Shown: positions 45,281 through 57,686, counted from the whole stretch's first letter. The stretch: 63,063 nucleotides of DNA, filler included, from Globobulimina sp. (GCA_003354225.1; 49 parts of 49 records of this genome joined end to end with filler, not necessarily neighbours in it), one strand, 5' to 3'. The notes: generated by a model from the letters alone, not told the origin. Numbers and translations: made by a program.

Positions 45281-45964
45281 TCAACGGTCCATAATAGTTT
45301 CTTCATGGATGGTGGCGTCCTGTTGCACTTCGTGGCTGTCCTCCCACACCCAATGCTCATCCGGCACGAAAACTGGATCTGGCGTCTCCACCAATGGGCG
45401 ACCCACAGTGTCAGACGTATGGAATTCTAATACTTTGGTCTGTGGCGCTGAATAATATTCTAACTCTGCGGAGGCGGTATAGCCATACTCTTGGAACATG
45501 GCGGATGGATTTGTAAATTGATCGGTTTGCAACTCTGTGAAGGGAGTCACGGAGCTGACTTGTTCGGTCAATGAATCTGTGCCAGTCTCTGCGTCTGGGT
45601 CTTTTTCCAATAATTGCACCGGTTTTCGGTCAGGCTCTTCAAGTATTTGCCTCCGCCGTGCGGCTTCAATTTGACGTTCAAAATCTTGATATTTGGGGGC
45701 TTCTCTTTGTGGGATTTGTCGCGTTGGATTTAACATTGGCAAACTGGGTGAATGCCCGGTTGGCGTCGATGCGCTGCCTGGGAGAAAATGTGCAAATGGA
45801 AACGTTGAGCCACGGCCTGCGGGTCCGCCTGGGTAATATTTCTTAAAATTTCGACCGCCATGGTACTTAGATTTATTTACATCGATGTAAATTGTTGTTG
45901 TGGATGCAAATGAATTGTGAGTAGTTTTTGTCTTTGTTGATAAGCGGAATAATCTGCAAGCCAT
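45281..45964 (-). CDS. Hypothetical protein with mitochondrial-presequence-like N-terminus
   Basis: Complete 227-aa ORF; N-terminus rich in R/K/S/T and lacking acidic residues. Confidence 0.55.
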   Translation of the reverse strand: MACRLFRLSTKTKTTHNSFASTTTIYIDVNKSKYHGGRNFKKYYPGGPAGRGSTFPFAHFLPGSASTPTGHSPSLPMLNPTRQIPQREAPKYQDFERQIEAARRRQILEEPDRKPVQLLEKDPDAETGTDSLTEQVSSVTPFTELQTDQFTNPSAMFQEYGYTASAELEYYSAPQTKVLEFHTSDTVGRPLVETPDPVFVPDEHWVWEDSHEVQQDATIHEETIMDR

Positions 45965-46011
45965 GATACTTAGCTTAGTGTTTTATTTTGTATGGATTAT
46001 CATAAAAAATT

Positions 46012-46242
46012 TTGATGGAGGATATAAGAGAATTTGCAAGTCCTGTATGTTTTGCCAATTATGATAATCTATCTCCTGAAATATCCGTCAAAAAAAAGGA
46101 AAAATGTAGCAAATCCAATCAGGATAATTATAAAGAAAAGAATTTAAATATGTGGCAATGTAAACATTGTTCTTTGTTGAATTATGTTAACATAAAAACA
46201 TGTATTGCTTGTTCCATGCATCATAATTCATCAGCAAAATAA
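46012..46242 (+). CDS. RanBP2-type zinc finger fragment
   Basis: WQCKHCSLLNYVNIKTCIAC = W-x-C-x2-C-x3-N-x6-C-x2-C. Confidence 0.7.
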   Translation: MMEDIREFASPVCFANYDNLSPEISVKKKEKCSKSNQDNYKEKNLNMWQCKHCSLLNYVNIKTCIACSMHHNSSAK

Positions 46243-46421
46243 TTAAAAATAAAACTAGAAGAATCTTATTTCCAGAAACTTCTCCCTGTGCGTTCTAATA
46301 TATTTGTTTTTTTTTTCAANNNNNNNNNNNNNNNNNNNNNNNNNNNNNNNNNNNNNNNNNNNNTTAATTAATTAANNNNNNNNNNNNNNNNNNNNNNNNN
46401 NNNNNNNNNNNNNNNNNNNCA

Positions 46422-47126
46422 TCACGTAACGCCACCACTAAGTCTACCCTTTCTGTCATGAGATTATCAAATTATATGTCGTCAGATGAAGATCCTGAAA
46501 TTTATATATCTGACAATGATGAAAAGATCGCAAAAAAAGAAACGGTGCGTACTCACTCTCCGAGCCCAAGGAGTACACCAACAACAACACCCAGATCAAT
46601 GCCATCTGACGGTCATAATGACTCTGTGGAAATATTGGCTGTTATGAATAAAATGACAGTCCTTGTGATTGTTGCAGCCATCGTATCCTTTGTAACTATT
46701 GCTGGCAATTTTGTCATTGAATGTTATGGTAAGTATAATGAGAAAGATATTGCGTCGGATGACGGACTCGACCACGATGTGATATGGGTTATGATACTGC
46801 CTGTATTTGATATGTTTGCTACATCGGTTATGCTTTATTTACAGTTTAATTTTACTCATCGAAGCTATAAAAGAATTTGTCGTTGTGTTGATACTTTATT
46901 TTTAAAATGTATGTTGCGAATAATTAAACATACTTTGAATAAAGAACAGAGGGATGAACAAACCGCGTCTTTCATTATGAATAATGCCGAGAGAGATCGC
47001 CAAATGTCGGCAATTGATGTTGGTACAAAAACAACTGTCACTATCTCTACACCTGCTTCTCCAACGGATATGGCGCCAATTCCACCCAATGAGATTGAAT
47101 TAGAAATTCAAAATTCTATGAAATAA
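46422..47126 (+). CDS. Orphan 7TM/GPCR-like protein, last two helices and tail
   Basis: MNKMTVLVIVAAIVSFV helix and VFDMFATSVMLYLQFNF..RSYKRICRC terminal motif. Confidence 0.6.
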   Translation, partial: SRNATTKSTLSVMRLSNYMSSDEDPEIYISDNDEKIAKKETVRTHSPSPRSTPTTTPRSMPSDGHNDSVEILAVMNKMTVLVIVAAIVSFVTIAGNFVIECYGKYNEKDIASDDGLDHDVIWVMILPVFDMFATSVMLYLQFNFTHRSYKRICRCVDTLFLKCMLRIIKHTLNKEQRDEQTASFIMNNAERDRQMSAIDVGTKTTVTISTPASPTDMAPIPPNEIELEIQNSMK

Positions 47127-47709
47127 AATCGGAAATTTAATGTACATACAAAAACAAGTATATTGTTCTGTATGCATTTTTATGATGACATTTTTTTTAC
47201 AGATTTATTTTTGTTGCTGTTGATTTTATTTTGTTTGAATGCCCTTTAATTAATTGTATGTTAAAAAATTAAACATTTTTTTGTTGCTTGTAGTGTGTAT
47301 CCGTGTTTTGCGGATTTATGTTTGGTATAATATAGTGTATAATTTATTATTATATTTACTTAATAGTAATGTACGTTGTTGTAATAATTTTTTTTTGGAA
47401 AAATGAACCACTGGCACTTGGTGCTGATCTCATCACCAAGCTCCAACAGAGTGACTTGCGAATGTGCGAATTTTTAAAACGAGGAATTTGCAAATAATTT
47501 TTAAAATTCGGTATACAATTGTATACCGAATAAAAATATTTTGGAATATAGGGGTTATATTTTGGAATATATCGTTTAGGTTGAAACCAAAAGTTAACCC
47601 CCCCCTGNNNNNNNNNNNNNNNNNNNNNNNNNNNNNNNNNNNNNNNNNNNNTTAATTAATTAANNNNNNNNNNNNNNNNNNNNNNNNNNNNNNNNNNNNN
47701 NNNNNNNTC

Positions 47710-48465
47710 CACACCGAGTCGCATTTGCCATATTTGATCGCGTACTTAGTGGCCTGTGGCTGGCGCCGCAACAAAATCCATACTTTGTTAGATCTACTCC
47801 CCAGCCATGCCAATGATGGCATTGATTACGGGCGCGAATGGTATGAGCAATCGCCGTATTGCCGTTGTCGCGCGCGGGGCATTCAGAAAATTGTACAGTT
47901 GTATGACAATTACATCACTCGGTGGTGCTGTTTGGACGATTTGCCGCTGCATTCGGCGAAATTAGTGTGCATTCCCAAGAAGGAAGACATCAAATACATG
48001 GTGGACCGGGTCAGTTGCGCCTATTTCAAGCCGTTCACCTGGCGGCAGAATGAGAGTGTGGCGCTGATGCCGGATATCAAATATTGTGTACGCTACGCAC
48101 TGACCTCGCTGCCAAACTGCATCTTTTCTACGCAAAGCTATCGCTTCGGATATGAGTATAATCAGACTATGATTTATTACCAGGCCGACGCCATCGCGAA
48201 ATTATGCAAGTTGACGTACGAGATTAAGGACAACAGCACGTATCAGTTGATATTGCAGAGCATGATGGCCGTGATGCAGCAGTATGTGAGTGGCAATTTG
48301 AGCTATCAGGGCGACCCCTTTATTGCTCCTTACTTAATACAAACGGACCAGAATACGGGCATTACAGTGGAGAATATCGAAAATACCATCACTTTGCTGA
48401 CGTATCAAACGCCGCTGATGCAGTATCAGGTAAATGATATGGATCCGAATTTCAATTCAGTTTAA
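47710..48465 (+). CDS. Hypothetical protein, C-terminal part
   Basis: GC-richer open frame from the contig edge, then an abrupt AT-rich 3' region after the stop. Confidence 0.65.
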   Translation, partial: HTESHLPYLIAYLVACGWRRNKIHTLLDLLPSHANDGIDYGREWYEQSPYCRCRARGIQKIVQLYDNYITRWCCLDDLPLHSAKLVCIPKKEDIKYMVDRVSCAYFKPFTWRQNESVALMPDIKYCVRYALTSLPNCIFSTQSYRFGYEYNQTMIYYQADAIAKLCKLTYEIKDNSTYQLILQSMMAVMQQYVSGNLSYQGDPFIAPYLIQTDQNTGITVENIENTITLLTYQTPLMQYQVNDMDPNFNSV

Positions 48466-48995
48466 AATTTGAATGTGTTCTTTTTATTGTTTTTGATTGT
48501 TTGTATTTGTGTGCCCTTATTTATATTAAAAAAAGCAAATTGAGTCTTGGTTTTGCTTTTTTTTTCTCTTGTTTTTGTGTTATATTTATACTTTTTTTTT
48601 AATCAAAAAAAAGAAAACTTTCTCTATATATCATATATTTATATCTGGCGATGAGTAATAATTATATTCTATCATATTTTTGTGTTTTTTGTCTATTTGT
48701 GATGAAAATACAATGCAGATTGAAATTTGTTTTTTTCCTTCTAAAGATCAGCATGTTTTGTCGCAAATTGTATAATATGAGATGGTTCTTATTTTTTTCT
48801 ATCCCATTTCTGATTTTTTAACATTTTTTTTTAAAAGCTGAGATTTTGTGTCCTCGATATTTTCCTTTCTTTGATTTTTTTTTTTGCCATAGTACNNNNN
48901 NNNNNNNNNNNNNNNNNNNNNNNNNNNNNNNNNNNNNNNTTAATTAATTAANNNNNNNNNNNNNNNNNNNNNNNNNNNNNNNNNNNNNNNNNNNN

Positions 48996-49802
48996 ACTAA
49001 ATGCAAATTCCAATGTATTGCTAGTGCCTTCAACCAATATGTAAACCAAATTTAATGATAAAATTAATACAATATATACATATCTAATCATATAAGCAAA
49101 ATCCCCCACAATCTTTATAAATTCATCAGTAAAATAATAGATCATTACGAAAAACGCAAACCATCGCATTGTAAAATATGATCCAGAATATAGCAATAAA
49201 GGCAATGTAACAAATCCATTCATAAAACACATTGGAACAAATCGCACGAAAAAATTTAAAAACCTATCCATTCCATTTAAGGATGTACGATTTCGAAAAT
49301 TTTCTCTTTTATCGATATTTTGAGAGGGATCGTTCATAAATGTTATAAATAAAATGGCACACAATAAAAGCATAAAAAATAGTATTATAACCATCCCAAA
49401 ATTTGTACGTTTTGAATGTATTGGCCACGGAGACGGATTACATAAAACCATATAAAATATAACACATCCAATGTCAATTAGAAATCGTGTCCATTTGGTC
49501 ATATTTGTTAATATATCATCATCAAATTTGCGTAAATGGTGAAATACAAACATTGTTAAAACAATTTGAAACGCTGAATATTGCTTAGAATCATACAATG
49601 AACAAAAAAATAAATTTGTTATTAACACCAATAATACTCTCACATAATCGAAATTTATCCATCTCGAAACAAAGCTATCCGCATTTATTTTAAATCCGGC
49701 AGTTGTTGGCGATGGATTGATCCATACATCATCAGTTACTTTTTGTGGCCTTCGTAGCATTAAGCCAGAGTATTTTGCACTGTTTTTTGAAGCAAGGGAC
49801 AA
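48996..49802 (-). CDS. Polytopic membrane hypothetical protein, partial
   Basis: About 7 hydrophobic segments in a ~270-codon ORF. Confidence 0.55.
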
Positions 49803-49853
49803 ATTATTAAATTTAAAAAGTTTTAGTTACTTATTACACTGAAATGGAACTTA

Positions 49854-50183
49854 TTATTTCCCAGCAATAATCCATCCAATAACTGGTGCAATACATCCAG
49901 TTTCTTTTTGTTGTGCTACACCAAATATGCCACCATACATTCCACATTTTTTCTTTTCACCCAAATAATTCCATATCATAGGTGCACGAGAATAAGACGC
50001 TGGAAAGTCACCCGGTGACATATGTGCCCACCGTTCATCCCATTTTAATTCTTGATTTGGTTTACCATGAATGTCATAGGGAAACAATGATTTGACCCAT
50101 CCAGACACCGTAGCGCCGCCTGACTCACTTTGAAACTTATAAATAGAGTCCCAGAAATGTTTTAATTTCTTTTCTAACTTTTC
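49854..50183 (-). CDS. DUF4419-family protein C-terminus
   Basis: FWDSIYK..SESGG..VSGWVKSLFPY, FPASYSRAPMIW, GGIFGVAQ, IAPVIGWII. Confidence 0.75.
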   Translation of the reverse strand, partial: EKLEKKLKHFWDSIYKFQSESGGATVSGWVKSLFPYDIHGKPNQELKWDERWAHMSPGDFPASYSRAPMIWNYLGEKKKCGMYGGIFGVAQQKETGCIAPVIGWIIAGK

Positions 50184-50619
50184 NNNNNNNNNNNNNNNNN
50201 NNNNNNNNNNNNNNNNNNNNNNNNNNNTTAATTAATTAANNNNNNNNNNNNNNNNNNNNNNNNNNNNNNNNNNNNNNNNNNNNATCTATTACTGATTTCA
50301 TACTCAAACGGATTTTCAAAACGAAATACTAAATTAAAGCAAAATATATGTTATAATCTATTATCACACACACCCGACCAAAAACAACCATTTAGACACA
50401 ATAAAAAGGAACCCATACAGTCGGCGAGATATGGCAACTACTACACTATGCACACAGCGTGCGTTCTGTAATCTATGTAATTTTCAATGAAAGCTAAAGA
50501 AAGGGGAGACATTCAGTGTAAATTTTGGCTAATTTTTAGATGTGACGTGACCATTATTTTCGTGAAAATAATAAAATATGGTGCTTCCACATGATCCCAT
50601 CCCAATATTCCTTTAGAAG

Positions 50620-50835
50620 ATGAGCAATCCCCTTTCTACGATCCCCCAGAAGGAGGTTGTTCGACATATAATCCGTGTTGTTACAGGTGACACAAAAACA
50701 AAAATGAGATTGGAACTTGTTTGCCAGAAATTTAAATACATGATCCAGAAAAACAACGTTTGGACACTTGATGATCGACTGATGTTATCCGAGAGAAATG
50801 ATGACACACAGACTACAGTAATATTATGGCGCTGA
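50620..50835 (+). CDS. F-box motif-containing fragment
   Basis: LSTIPQKEVVRHII...MRLELVCQKFKYMI....VW. Confidence 0.5.
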   Translation: MSNPLSTIPQKEVVRHIIRVVTGDTKTKMRLELVCQKFKYMIQKNNVWTLDDRLMLSERNDDTQTTVILWR

Positions 50836-51274
50836 TTATTTTATGTGTTAGTATAGCGTCATTTCGTCGATTTTTAGGAAAATTGCAAAACGCTAATTTA
50901 ATTTGTCTTAAAGAGGTGGTATGATAGATTTTTTGTTTTGGCTTGCTAAATATATAATCCGGAGTTATATAATCGGTAATGAACAGACAAAGAGACAATC
51001 GACTTCTTCAATCGTTATTCTATTTGGGTTTTGGACGAGGATCGTTGGTAAATAATCCCAGTCAACATAATACGACATCGCCTGGACAACATAATCAAAT
51101 CTCGGTTACGGAACATGAAGGAGCACCTCCGCAACAGCATCCCTCCATCAACGCACCAACCGACTGCGATAATTCTTCATCACGTCAATGGTCGACCGAT
51201 GAGAAACAATTAAATGTAGGTATAATTAGTTGTTGTATTAGTGTTTTAGGCATTTCTTGTAACATCTCTGTATG

Positions 51275-51471
51275 CATTGAATCGATTGATTGAACGTGCA
51301 TTCTGGTTGAATGCACATTGAATTATGCATTCTGGTTGAATGCACATTGAATCGATTGATTGAACGTGCATTCATTCTGGTTGAATGCACATTGAATTAT
51401 GCATTCTGGTTGAATGCACATTGAATCGATTGATTGAACGTGCATTCATTCTGGTTGAATGCACATTGAAT
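51275..51471. repeat. Higher-order tandem repeat (70-74 bp) built from a hairpin-forming subunit GCATTCTGGTTGAATGCACATTGAAT
   Basis: Five subunit copies alternately separated by TAT and CGATTGATTGAACGT; runs off the contig end. Confidence 0.93.
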
Positions 51472-51626
51472 NNNNNNNNNNNNNNNNNNNNNNNNNNNNN
51501 NNNNNNNNNNNNNNNTTAATTAATTAANNNNNNNNNNNNNNNNNNNNNNNNNNNNNNNNNNNNNNNNNNNNTTTCTCTCATCCGAATCCTCCGAATAACT
51601 GTGACTCCTTAACGCAAATCAAACAT

Positions 51627-52757
51627 TTACTTAATAATATTACACAGCAAATATATAAAAACAGAGGCAAAGGAAACATACGTTTTACTGTCGGAAGACT
51701 CGGAAGACTCCGAAGACTCTGAAGACTCTGAAGACGTCGTAGGCGCAGAGGAAGGCGCAGATGTAGCACATTCTCCAATTACATTCATCTGGAAAACGCC
51801 GGTGGCGATACCTTCGGGGTGGCCAGGTACTGCATTACCATCCACTTGAATGTAATATTCCACACATTGGCTTACGTTATTACTGGTATTAAACGGCAAT
51901 ATATGCGAAGCCACAGAGTTGTAACTGTCGTCATTTGCTTTCACCAACGTAAATGTGCTAAAATCACCACAATCGGTGGCAGTATAAACAGCCAATTGAG
52001 TATTGACACAAACACCGGCATAACACACCATTTCTAATTCTAATTCGGATGCTGTGACTTTGTACCATAACGAATTTTGTACATTTTGATCCCCACACCA
52101 TCCACTTTGACCGGTACAATCGTCGATATTTGGGGGACTTATTTCATTGCTTTGATTGGTGCCGTACTGAGTCAATACATCAATGACCACATCGCCCACT
52201 GCAATTTGCGTGGCATCACAAGCATCGTCATTTGTCATTGCCGGACATGCGCCTTCTTCCATTCCCGCCACATCCATTTGGAAGGGACCTGTTGCGGCAT
52301 CGTTATATGAATCAACTTGAATGTAATATTCTTGCGTTACACACTCAGTAAAAGGGAAAATGTGTGCAGCGTAATCACAGCCCGAATCATCATTTGCTTT
52401 GATCAATGTAAAAGTGCTAAAATCTGCGCAATCGGAAACAGTATACACAGCTAATTGTGTATCAAGACAAACACCTGAATATTCCACCATTTTTAATTCC
52501 AATTCAAATGCGCTTACTTTGTACCAGATGGAACGTTGAACATTGGTGTCGTACTCGATCCATCCATCTTGGCCGTATCCTTCATATGTAGCATTACCGG
52601 GAGATATTTCGCCGGTCTCTTTGGTAGCTTCGTCCGTCATATCAGCTACGACAGAATCACCGATAGAAATAAGCGTGGCACCACAGGCATTATCATTTGG
52701 TGGCGGCTCTGCCTCTGTGACTACGGTGCACATTAAAAATAAAATGCAAAATGCGAT
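51627..52757 (-). CDS. Secreted, probably GPI-anchored protein with two PPC-like beta-sandwich repeats
   Basis: Signal-like N-terminus; two repeats ND(N/D)AC.AT.I..GD...S(I/L)WYKV...(D/N)TQLAVY...C.DFSTFTL.KANDDS...YYIQVD; Ser-rich stalk (SES)n and hydrophobic C-terminus. Confidence 0.75.
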   Translation of the reverse strand: MAFCILFLMCTVVTEAEPPPNDNACGATLISIGDSVVADMTDEATKETGEISPGNATYEGYGQDGWIEYDTNVQRSIWYKVSAFELELKMVEYSGVCLDTQLAVYTVSDCADFSTFTLIKANDDSGCDYAAHIFPFTECVTQEYYIQVDSYNDAATGPFQMDVAGMEEGACPAMTNDDACDATQIAVGDVVIDVLTQYGTNQSNEISPPNIDDCTGQSGWCGDQNVQNSLWYKVTASELELEMVCYAGVCVNTQLAVYTATDCGDFSTFTLVKANDDSYNSVASHILPFNTSNNVSQCVEYYIQVDGNAVPGHPEGIATGVFQMNVIGECATSAPSSAPTTSSESSESSESSESSDSKTYVSFASVFIYLLCNIIK

Positions 52758-52859
52758 GTNNNNNNNNNNNNNNNNNNNNNNNNNNNNNNNNNNNNNNNNN
52801 NNNTTAATTAATTAANNNNNNNNNNNNNNNNNNNNNNNNNNNNNNNNNNNNNNNNNNNN

Positions 52860-53475
52860 TCTGTGCATTACGATTATGCGTATTCATATTATTTGCGTTT
52901 AAATGGATTTTCGTTTTTGATAAGTTCCTCTCGATTTGCTCCATGGTGAATTGTGCGCGGTTTCGAGGGAATTTGCAGTCTTCCAATATGGAGATCATTT
53001 TGTTTTTGTCGTTTAAGACGGTCTCGTTTGTGATGCCGCTGGTTATTAATAAATTGATTAATAAGTCTTTGTCGTATTGGATGGGTTGAATGTCGGTTAA
53101 AACTAATAAATCGATTAATTGGTCCAACGACATTGCAAGTTCATCATTGGGCGAATTATTGTCATTGTTGTCAGTGTCTGGCTGTCCATTTGGTGGCGTA
53201 TTTGGCTGTGTCGTGGTGCCGCATTCAATGGCTTCGCCGTTTAATATCTTCATTATGTTATTGTTGAATGTGTTTAATTGGTTTAAGAATGTGAGGGATT
53301 CTTTGTTTTCTGTAAATTCTGGATATTCAGAGGTTAAATTGTAGATAGCATTGTTCATTTTTCGTACTGGTAATAATGCGTTAAATATTAATTCTTTCGC
53401 TTTGTCTTTTTCGATTTCATCCATTTTTTGACCAAAGGTCTTTAATAACTGTATGCATGGCGCAACAAGTGGCAA
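52860..53475 (-). CDS. Hypothetical protein, partial
   Basis: ORF of ~205 codons with consistent codon usage; no recognised domain. Confidence 0.45.
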
Positions 53476-54147
53476 AAAGAGAGATATCTTACATACAGTT
53501 TACAAAAGACATACAGTGGAATGTTGTTTTGTGGAATATGCCATGGTGAAAGAGATAGAAATTGTGAAACTTTTTTTTTCAAGTAAAAAACAGTTGAGTT
53601 AATTTTATGTATTTTTATCATTCCACATATCCTCATTCCACCAATTAGACATTGTAGAAAGAGTGGGATCGAGCAGTTCTGATTCAAAAACGTAACGCAG
53701 CTAAAATATGCTTTTGATTATCACAAAAAAAAACCTCGTAGCTAGTGTTTTCATCGCTGTTCCTCTCACTTTCTCTGTTACTTATTTTCAGAAACTTATG
53801 TCCGTAACTGGATCAATTCACAGCTGGACGTATACATTTTCATACATGTTATATTTTACAACTGCACCATATTTACATGTAACCCATCCAGAATACGCAA
53901 CCGTTATATTATTAGCTGGATTGATATTTCATTTTATGGATTTTTTGGTCTCTGATTCTCCTCATAAAAATTTAAAGCAATCAAACAAAAATGGAATATC
54001 AACAACACGAGCCATGCTTTATATGATTATAAATTTATTTATTTATCNNNNNNNNNNNNNNNNNNNNNNNNNNNNNNNNNNNNNNNNNNNNTTAATTAAT
54101 TAANNNNNNNNNNNNNNNNNNNNNNNNNNNNNNNNNNNNNNNNNNNN

Positions 54148-54258
54148 GGTATTGGCGTTAACAGAATTTTAGCAGCAACCATTGAAAAATCACATGATTC
54201 AAACGGCATAATCTGGCCGCTGCCACTGGCGCCTTATGAGGTACTGGTTGTACCAATA
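54148..54258 (+). CDS. proS: Bacterial prolyl-tRNA synthetase fragment (motif 3 to start of anticodon domain)
   Basis: [37 protein letters not shown]; not in the ORF track. Confidence 0.88.
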
Positions 54259-54413
54259 AAATTAGAATTAAAGTAATTAACATATTCAGCGAGGTTATTT
54301 GCTTTGTCACGATTGGGATCAACAGAAACAAATACGATTTGTATGTTGTTATAGGGAGTTTTAGTTAATTCAGGATAAATACGGTCTAGATCCGCTAATG
54401 TTGTAGGACAAAC
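54250..54413 (-). CDS. SCO1/SenC family protein fragment
   Basis: VCPTTLADL...[10 protein letters not shown]....[14 protein letters not shown]; the first Cys of CxxxCP is lost at the upstream junction. Confidence 0.85.
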
Positions 54414-57400
54414 TAGCCACATACTTTGGGTATGTCTGTGCTGGCAATTTTTGCATTTTTGAATGATTGGAGCAGACTGTTTCGTAATTCATGTAATTCA
54501 GATTCGGTTTTGATATAATAATTTTTTTTCTTTAAATCATTGATTTGCTGAGCCATATTAAACAATGATTGATTTTCTGTGTTATTTGTATCGGTGGGAT
54601 TGATGTGTAGTTGGGAAATTTAACAAAAAAACTCGGAGTGAACTAGCTAACCATCCAAAACTATACTAGCGGTAACCTGTTTTATTGAGTAAACATGGCA
54701 GAGGAACACGAATTACAATATGCAACTCTGTTGACACAAGAAGCTTCCATCTCCAATGACGACGAACAATTAAATCAAACAGAGACAAAACCAGAAGCAG
54801 GCATGTATTCAGATGTTGTCATTCATACAAATAATTTAATTATAAAATGAAGGCAATCGAGACGAGAATAAATATAACACAGCCATCACATCACAAACAA
54901 ATAATAAAATTACTCCCCCTTTCCCTGGACCAGAATCTTGGGAACGGGATGAAAAGAAACGAATAAAATTTCTGAATGTTATACTGATTAAAATAAAAAA
55001 ACAAAAAGTGGATGCGTCTATTTATGAAGATGGAGAAATTAATTTAAAAGTGGACGTTGATGGTAAACAATACAATGGCTATGCTGTACATCATAAGGGT
55101 GAAATATATGGTATTCAACGAATTATCTGTCCGCATCCGCAGGGTATACCAAATGTTATTCAATATAAAATTGGCGAAGAAGAAGCGGTATCAATCAATT
55201 ACGCTCAAATAGAATCGTCTGATGCTGGCTGGACAAATAATGTCGTTACAGATATCGGTATAAGAACTTCAAAATCAAATACTGAGCATAGTAAATATGA
55301 ATTACACCAAGAATGTGTTGCATTGACCACAACGANNNNNNNNNNNNNNNNNNNNNNNNNNNNNNNNNNNNNNNNNNNNTTAATTAATTAANNNNNNNNN
55401 NNNNNNNNNNNNNNNNNNNNNNNNNNNNNNNNNNNAACGTATCAAAACAATATTCGGTATACTAGGTTTTGCTGAACAGTATCTTATATATTGTTTTGGA
55501 ATATTGTAAAACTTTTGACTTTTTCAAGGTAGAACTCTGCTTAGCTTATGAATGTTCACAGTTGTGAAGTTTTGGAAATGTTCAGAACTTCGTTTTTTTT
55601 TAATTGTTTCGAAATGTCCTACACAGATCTCAAACCAACGCTATAATCCAGTCCTCCTATCACCTATGAACCCATTCTACCAATTTTCGCGACAGCTGAC
55701 AACAATGAAGCACTGGAATCAATCATGTATACAATGGTACAATTAAAAACAGATGATGTAAATACATACATATATAAATGAAAAACATTAGGAGGCTGGA
55801 ATTATTTACGAAAACAAATTAAAAACCAAATTGGAAATTACAAATTCAATTTCAGAATTTAATAATAATAAAGTCATGAGTTAGTATAGGATATTAGAGA
55901 GGTTATTGTTGAATTAGTATCATGGCTGAGGTTATAATAAAGTCATGAGTTAGTATCATGACTGATGTTGTCGAATTAGAGTGGTTATTGTCCACAATTT
56001 GTGTGCTGACCACGTCAAGCAATGACAGCATAATTGTTTGCAGTAATTTGCGCCGTGCCATATCAACCTCAATCATTGCATTATGGCATCGATTTGAACG
56101 AATAAGAATGAGAAGTTGTATATGTTGCGATGTTTACAAGAACTTGGTTGTGATTATATAATTGACTCAATATATTTGTAAATAATTGATGTATTTCACA
56201 TAATGACACTGGTAAAGTTGCCAAAGAATCGCATTTGAATAATTGTGTAAAATGGTTTAATAATTTGGCCACAACAGGGTCGTTACAACAACAATCCGAC
56301 ACAGCACAAGATTCATTTGTTGCAATTTGAAGCAGAATGCGCCGAATTGAACATGTTAAATCATAGGAATTCGTATATAAATTCACAGAAAATGCGGCTA
56401 GAATCTGATAAAAAAATTGAGTTATTTATGGTTTGGTATTTAATGATAAACAAAATAAAAATAGGTTCTTTTTGTGTATTTCTATGGATTTTAATGGGAC
56501 GGAAGCATTTTCAATATATGTGTAGTTTATCATTGTTTAATTTTGTATGCTTAAATATGGTTTTATTTCATTTTCTGTGTGTTTGTTTCTGTTTTCTGTG
56601 TGTTTATGTTATTGTTTTCCATTNNNNNNNNNNNNNNNNNNNNNNNNNNNNNNNNNNNNNNNNNNNNTTAATTAATTAANNNNNNNNNNNNNNNNNNNNN
56701 NNNNNNNNNNNNNNNNNNNNNNNAATTGTACAGATTGAAGGAATATCCGTAGTGAGCTGATCGAGGCCAATTAAATTTACATGTGGTGCATTTCGTTGCT
56801 GTTGGGATATTTAATGAAAATGCAAATTGCGATAATGTCAATTTTATTAATGGTAACAATCCAATAACTAAATAAAAAAAACTAAAGGTAACGTGCCCAT
56901 CTTCCGTTAGCAAACTTTTTTTCAAAAGTAAAAACATGCGTTGTTCTTCAAAATACAAAAGTAAATTAAGCGTGTGTAAAGTACCCGAACTACTATTGGA
57001 GAATGCGACAATTACAAAAAGCAGCAATTACAAACTAATGGCACACCGTCAACAAAATGATGATAATATTGCAAAATTTGGGTGTTGGGTTACCAGTGGG
57101 TGAAGTCGTAGGATTGTCTGTTGGTGATAGTGTTGTTGGAAATGGAGTTGGTGATATTGGAGACATCGGTGGCCTCAGTACCAATAACCGCAGCATCGCC
57201 GCATGAAGCAACACCAATGCAATTGACAGTTGCGTCTTTATGATTATTTATAAATAATTGAGAGATGTTTATTATGCGCGAATTTTATCATGCGATAAAT
57301 CATAATATTTCCGTCTGATTTAGACACTGCAAATTACAGCTCATTATTAAATAAATTGGATAACATTTTAAGTCATAGTGAGCTCGTGTTTTCTCATCAT

Positions 57401-57686
57401 GTTTGTACGTACTTTGTTGTTTCATTTGATTTAATTTTATTAACTGTTCGCGTTCATCATTGAGATTGGTGTGAAATTAAGCCAATTAGGGAGCATGCAA
57501 GTTACTTATTATTTTCTAACCTTTTTAAATCTATTTTATTATAAAAACAAATACCGAATTATTTGTCATTCAATTATTCGTTGATACTGTGCATCAATCA
57601 AGAGACATCACGCTGGCATTTGCTAGCACATTTGCACATCATGGCTCCAAACAGTACATAACAGAGTACTTGACACAGCAGCCCGA

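Noticed and set aside
51275..51471. CRISPR array
   Set aside because: Intervening sequences are short (3 and 15-19 nt) and themselves repeated
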